From: the human T2T-CHM13v2.0 reference genome, Homo sapiens | DNA length: 64,000 bases | Direction: 5' to 3' (one strand) | Assembly (NCBI RefSeq): GCF_009914755.1 | Contig: NC_060946.1 | In this document: piece by piece, positions 54,996-64,000 of the stretch | Layout: every line of letters starts with the position of its first letter | Numbering within the stretch: position 1 is the first letter of the stretch | The notes under the pieces: model-generated | The model's input: only the letters and a program-made list of their open reading frames with translations | Database searches by the model: none | Told to the model about the DNA's origin: nothing | Made by a program: the position numbers and the translations under genes

Positions 54996-57900
54996 AAAGC
55001 CTGGAGAATAGTTACATCTCCTGGATGATCAGTTCAGAAATATGTCACAATGCCCCCACCCTGCGGAGCCTAGAGAAGATTTGCATCATTTGGGTGATCA
55101 GTGTAGAGATATACCACAATGTCCCCTGTACAAAAAGCCTGGAAATGATTTACATCACCTCGGTGATCAGTGTGTAGGTATGTCAGAAATCCCAAGTAGG
55201 CTGAACCTAGACAAGAGTTGAATCACTTAGGTGATCAGTGTAGAGATTTGTGAAAATTCCAGTGTAGACAGAGCCTAGACAGGTGTTACAACACCTAGTG
55301 ATCAGTGCAGGGATAAGTCGTAAAGCCTCCTGTAGGCAGAGTGTAGACCATTGTTTCCTTGCTAGTGTGATCAGTGCAGAGATATGTCACATAGACCCTG
55401 TAAGCAGAACCTTGACAAGGGTTACATCACCTGTTTGATCAGTGGAAATGTATATCACAAAGCCCCCTGTAGCAAAGCCCGTACAATTGTTACATCACCT
55501 GTGTGAGCAGAGGAGAGATCTGTCACAATGCCCCTGTAGGCAGAGCTTAGACAAGGGTTACATCACTTGGGTGATCAGTGCAGAGATATGTCAAAAGGCC
55601 CCTGTAGGCTGATCCTAGAGAGGAGTTACATCACCGGGGTGATCAGTGCAGAGATATGTGAGAATTCCCTTCTAGGCAGAGCCTAGACAAGTGTTACATC
55701 ACCTAGGTTATCAGTGAAGGTATAAGTCGTAAAGCCTCCTGTAGGCAGAGCGTAGACAAGAGTTCCCTCCCCAGGGTGATCAGTGCAGAGATGTGTCACA
55801 AAGCCCCAGTAGGCAGAGCCTGGACAAGAGTTTCATCACTTGGTTGATGAGCTCAGAGATGTGTTACAATATCCATGTAGGCAGATCTAAGACAAGAGTC
55901 CATCACCTGGGTGATCAGTGCAGAGATATGTACCGAAGTCCCCTGTAGGCAGTGCCTAGACAAGAGTTGCATCACCTCAGAGATCACTGCATAGATATGT
56001 CACAAAGCCTTCTGTAGGCAAAGCCCATAAAATGCTTACATCACCTAGCTGATCAGTGCAGTAATTTGTCACAAAAATCCCTGTAGACAGAGCCTAGAAA
56101 AGAGTTACATCTCCTGGGTGATCAGTGCAGATATTTGACACAATGCCCCCATAGACAGAGCATAGACAAAACTTCCATCACCTGGGTGATCAGTGCAGAG
56201 ATATGTCAGAAATCCCCCTCTAGGCAGAGTATAGAGAAGAGTCACATCACCTTGGTGATCAGGGCAGTGATATTTCACAATGCCCCTGTAGGCAGAGAGT
56301 GGACAAGAGTTACATAATCAGGTGATCTGTGCAGAGTTATGTCAAAACGCCCCTGTAAGCAGAGCCTAGATAAATGTTACATCACCTGGGTGATCAGTGC
56401 AGTGATACGTCACAATAACCCCTGTAGGCGGAGCCTAGACAAGAGTTACATCACCTGGGTGATCAATGCAGAGATATGTCACAAAGCCCCTGCAGGCAGA
56501 GCCTAGACAAGAGTTACATCACCTGGGTGATCAATGCAGAAATATGTCACAAAGCCCCTGTAGGCCGAGTCTAGAAAATAGTTACATCTCCTGGGTGATC
56601 AGTGCAAAGATATGTCACAAAGCCCCCTGTAGACAAACACCAGAAAATTGTTACATCACCTGGGTGATCAGTGGAGACAACTGTCACATTTCCCCTTTAG
56701 GTGCAGCTTAGACAAGGGTTACATCACATGAGTGATCAGTGCAGAGATATGTCACTATGCCCCCATAGGCAGATCCAAGACAAGAGTCCATCACCTGAGT
56801 GATCAATGGAGAAATATGCCACCATGCCGCCAGTAGGCAGATATAGAGAAGAGTTACATCACCTGCGTGAACACTGCAGAAGTATGTCACAATGCCCCTG
56901 CAGGCAGAGCCTAGACAACAGTCCCATCACCTGGGTGATCAGTGCAGAATTATGTCACAATGCCCCCTTTTGGCAGAGCCTAGACAAGGGTTACATCACA
57001 TGGGTGATCTGTGCAGAGATGTGTCACAAGCCCCCTGTAGCCAGAGCCTAGACAAGAGTTACATCAGGTGTGTGATCAGTGCAGTGACATGTCACAATGC
57101 CCCTGTAGACATATCCTTGACAAAAGTGACATCACCTGGGTGATCAGTGTGGAGATATGTCACAATGTCTCCAGTAGGCAGAGCCTAGAAAAGAGTTACA
57201 TCACCTGGTTGATCAGGGCAGAGACATGTCACAATGCCCCCCATAAGCAGATCCCAGAAAGAGTTGCATCACCGCGGTGATCAGTGCAGAGATATGTCTC
57301 AATGCCCCCTGTCGGCGAAGCCTATACAACAGTTACATCATTTCAGTGATCAGTGCAGTGATATGTGAAAATGCCCCTGTAGGCAGAGCCTAGACAAGAG
57401 TTACATCACCTGGGTGATCAGTGCAGAGATATCTCACAATACGCCCTGTAAGCAGAGCCCAGACAAGAGTAACATCACCTGGGTGATCAGTGCAGAGATA
57501 TATAATAAATCCCACTGTAGGCAAAGCCTAGACAAGTTTTACATCACCTCAGAGATCAGTGCAGAGATATGTCCCAATATCCCTCTAGGCAGAGCTTAGA
57601 CAAGAGTCACATCTCCTGGGTGATCAGTGCGGAAATAAGTCACAATGTCCCCGTAGGCAGAGCCTAGACAAGAGTTACATAACCCAGGTGATCTATGCAG
57701 AGTGATGCCACAACGCCCTCTGTAGGCAGAGACTAGAAAAGAGTTACATCACCTGGGTGATCAGTGAAGAGATATGTCACAATGCCCCCTGTAGGCAGAG
57801 CATAGAGAAGAGATGCATCACCTGGGTGATCAATGCAGAGATATGTCACAATGTCCCCTGAAGGCAGAGCATAGAGAAGAGTTGCATCACCTCGGTGATC

Positions 57901-60227
57901 AGTGCAGAGATATGTCACAATGTCCCCTGCAGGCAAAGACTAGGCAAGAGTTACATCACCTTTGTCATCAGTTCAGGGATGTGTGAAAACGCCCCTGTAG
58001 GCAGAGTCTAGACAAGAGTTACATCACGTAGTTGATCAGTGCAGAGGTATTTCACAATAACCCCTGTAGGCAGATCCTCGAGAAGAGTTGAATCACCTGG
58101 GTGATCAGAGCAGAGATATTTCACAATGCCCCCTTTGGGCAGAAGGTAGACAAGAGTTACATCACCTAGGTGATCAGTGCAGAGATTTGTCAAAATTTCC
58201 TGTAGGCAGTGCTTATAAAAGTGTTACATCACCTAAGTGATCAGTGCAGAGATATGTCACAAAGCTCCTGTAGGCTTAAATTAGATGAGTTACATCACCT
58301 GGGTGATGATTGCAATGGTATGTCACAAAGCTCCCCGTAGGCAAAGCCTAGATAATAGTTATGTCACTTGGGGGATCAGTGGCGAGATCTCTCACAATTC
58401 CCCTGTAGGCAGAGCTTATACAACAGTTACATCACCTGGGTGATCAGTGCAGAGATATGTCACATTGCCCCCATAGGCAGACCCAAGACAAGTGTCCGTC
58501 ACCTGGGTGATCAGTGCAGAAATATGTCACAATGCCCCCTTAGGCAGAGCCTAGACAAAAGCACCATCACCTGGATGATCAGTGCAGAGTTATGTCAGAA
58601 AGTCCCTTTAGGCAGATCCTAGACAAGTGTTACATCACTTGGATGATCAGTGCAGAGATATGTCACAATGCCACTGTAGGCAGAGCCTAGACAACAGTTA
58701 CATGACCTAGGTGATCAGTGCAGAGATACATCGCAATGTCCCTGTAGGCAGAGCCTTGACAAGTGGTACATCACCTGGGTGATCATTGCAGGGATATGTC
58801 ACAAAGCACCCTGTAGTCAGATCCTAGAAAATAGTTACATCACCTGGGTGATCAGTGCAGATATATGTCACAAGGCCACTGTAGGCAGAGGCTAAACAAG
58901 AGTCACATGACCTAGGTGATCAGAGTAGAGATACATCACAATGCCCATGTAGGCAGAGCCTTGACAAGTGGTATATCACCTGGGTGATCATTGCAGGGAT
59001 ATGTCACAAAGTACCACGTAGGCAGATCCTAGAGAAGAGTTACATCACCTGGGTGATCAGTGCAGATATGTCAAAAGCCCCCTGTAGGCAGAGACTAGAC
59101 AAGAGCTATATCACCTGGGTGATCAGTGCAGTGATATGTCACAATGCCATGTAGCCAGAGCCTAGACTAAAGTTACTGTACCTGGGAGATCATTGCAGAG
59201 ATATGTCACAATGTCCCCAGTAGGCAGAGACAAGGCAAGAGTTGGATCACCTTGGGATCAGTGCAGAGATATGTCTCAATCCCATAGTGGGCACAGCCTA
59301 GACTAGAGTTACATCACCTCGGTTAACAGTGGAGAGATATGTCAAGATGCCCCTGTAGGCAGAGCCTACACAAGTGTTACATCACTCAGGTGATCAGTGC
59401 AGAAATATGTCACAATATCCCCTGTAAGCAGAGCCTAGACAAGAGTTACAACTCCTGGGTGATCAGTGCAGAGATATGTGACAAGGCCCCTTTAAGCAGA
59501 GCCTAGACAGTAGTTACATCACCTGAGTGATCAGTGCAGAGATCTGTCACAATGCCCCTTTAGGCAGAGCTTAGAGCAGAGTTACATCACCTGTGTGATC
59601 AGTGCAGAGATATCTCACAATGCCTCTATAGGCATATCAAATAAAAGATACCTTCACCTGGTTGATCAGTGCAGAATTATGTGACAATGCCCCCAGTAGG
59701 CAGAGCCTAGAGAAGAGACACATCACCTGGGCGATCAGTGCAGAGATATTTCACACTGCCCCTGCAGGCAGAGCATAAGCAAGAGTTACATCACCTAGAA
59801 GATCAGTGCAGAGATATGTCACAAGGCCCCCTATAGGCAGAGCCTGGACAAGAGTTACATCACCTCCGTGATCAATACAGTGATATGTCACTATGCCCCA
59901 TATGTAGAGCCTAGTCAAGCGTTACATCACCTGGGTGATCAGTGCAGCGATATGTCACAAAGCCCCCATACACAGAGCCTAGACAAAAGTCCCATCACCT
60001 GGATGATCAGTGCAGAAATATGTCACAATGCCCCCATAGGCAGATCCAACACAAGAGTTACATCACCTGGGTAGTCATTGTAGAGATATATCACAATGCC
60101 CCCGTAGTCATATCCTAGACAAAAGTCCGATCACCTGGGTGATCAGTGCAGAGATATGTCACAAAGCCCCTGTAGGCAGAGCATAGACAAGCGTTACATG
60201 ACTTTGTTGATCCGTTCAGAGATGTTT
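54996..60227 (+). repeat. Beta satellite array 9
   Basis: 68-bp monomers. Confidence 0.96.
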
Positions 60228-62998
<2,771 letters not shown>

Positions 62999-64000
62999 AA
63001 ACCTGGAGAATAGTTACATCTCCTGGATGATCACTTCAGAAATATGTCACAATGCCCCCTCCTTGCGGAGCCTAGAGAAGATTTGCATCATTAGGGTGAT
63101 CAGTGCAGAGATATATCACAATGTCCCCTGTACAAAAAGCCTGGAAATGATTTACATCACCTCGGTGATCAGTGCATAGGTATGTCAGAAATCCCCAGTA
63201 GGCTGACCCTAGACAAGGGTTACATCACTTAGGGGATCAGTGTAGAGATATGTGAAAATTCCCGTGTAGACAGAGCCTAGACAAGAGTTCCATCACCTAG
63301 TGATCAGTGCAGGGATAAGTTGTAAAGCTTCCTGTAGGCAGAGAGTAGACAAGAGTTTCCTCCCTGGGGTGATCAGAGTAGAGATATGTCACAAAGCCCC
63401 AGTAAGGAGAATCTTGACAAGGGTTACATCACCTGTTCGATCAGTGGAAATGTATATCACAAAGCCCCCTGTAGGCAAATCCCAGAAAATTGTTACATCA
63501 CCTGGGTGAGCAGTGGAGAGATCTGTCACAATGCCCCTGTAGGCAGAGCTTAGACAAGGGTTACATCACCTGGGTGATCAGTGCAGAGACATGTCAAAAC
63601 GCTCCTGTAGGCTGAACCTAGACAGAATTTACATCACCTGGGTGATCAGTGCAGAGATATGTGAGAATTCCAGTGTAGGCAGAGTCTAGACAAGTGTTAC
63701 ATCACCTAGGTTATCAGAGCAGGTATAAGTAATAAAGCCTCCTTTAGGAAGAGCGTAGACAAGAGTTCCCTCACCAGGGTGATCAATGCAGAGCTGTGTC
63801 ACAAAGCCCCCGTAGGCAGAGCCTAGACAAGAGTTTCATCACTTGGTTGATCAGTTCAGAGATGTGTCACAACGTCCATGTAGGCAGATCTAAGATAAGA
63901 TTCCATCACTTGGGCGATCAGCCCAGAGATATGTACCAATGTCCCCTGTAGGCAGTGCCTAGACAAGAGTTGCATCACCTCAGAGATCAGTGCATAGATA
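62999..64000 (+). repeat. Beta satellite array 10 (runs off the window)
   Basis: 68-bp monomers. Confidence 0.96.

Noticed and set aside
63731-63736. Isolated sense AATAAA hexamers within satellite (also 57504, 59640; minus strand 21713, 23336)
   Set aside because: Sporadic point variants 0.7 kb or more from pLAM, downstream of disabled or truncated copies, with no supporting elements

Overview
Primate (human/ape-type) heterochromatic DNA built from two components: ~2.78-kb D4Z4-like cassettes carrying DUX4-like double-homeobox (DUX4L) copies, and 68-bp beta (Sau3A) satellite arrays. This architecture is typical of acrocentric short arms and pericentromeres, but the chromosome and species cannot be fixed from the sequence alone. 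There are nine full or near-full DUX4L copies, one C-terminal fragment and one gene-less 3' fragment. No copy has an uninterrupted ~422-codon ORF. Everything left of ~43,899 lies on the minus strand and everything right of it on the plus strand (an inversion junction). The cassettes share the same 5' junction with beta satellite and end in a pLAM-like (DUX4 exon 3-like) segment. Where the FSHD-permissive 4qA allele has its ATTAAA poly(A) signal, these copies keep the beta-satellite sequence GTCACA. The exception is the cassette at 45,268-48,123: a rearrangement placed TGTA plus two canonical AATAAA hexamers at almost that position. The same cassette has a TATAA box, intact splice dinucleotides and a DUX4L frame broken by a single CGA>TGA stop, making it a candidate independently polyadenylated DUX locus. 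Comparisons with DUX4, D4Z4 and pLAM rely on recalled reference sequence and need alignment to confirm.
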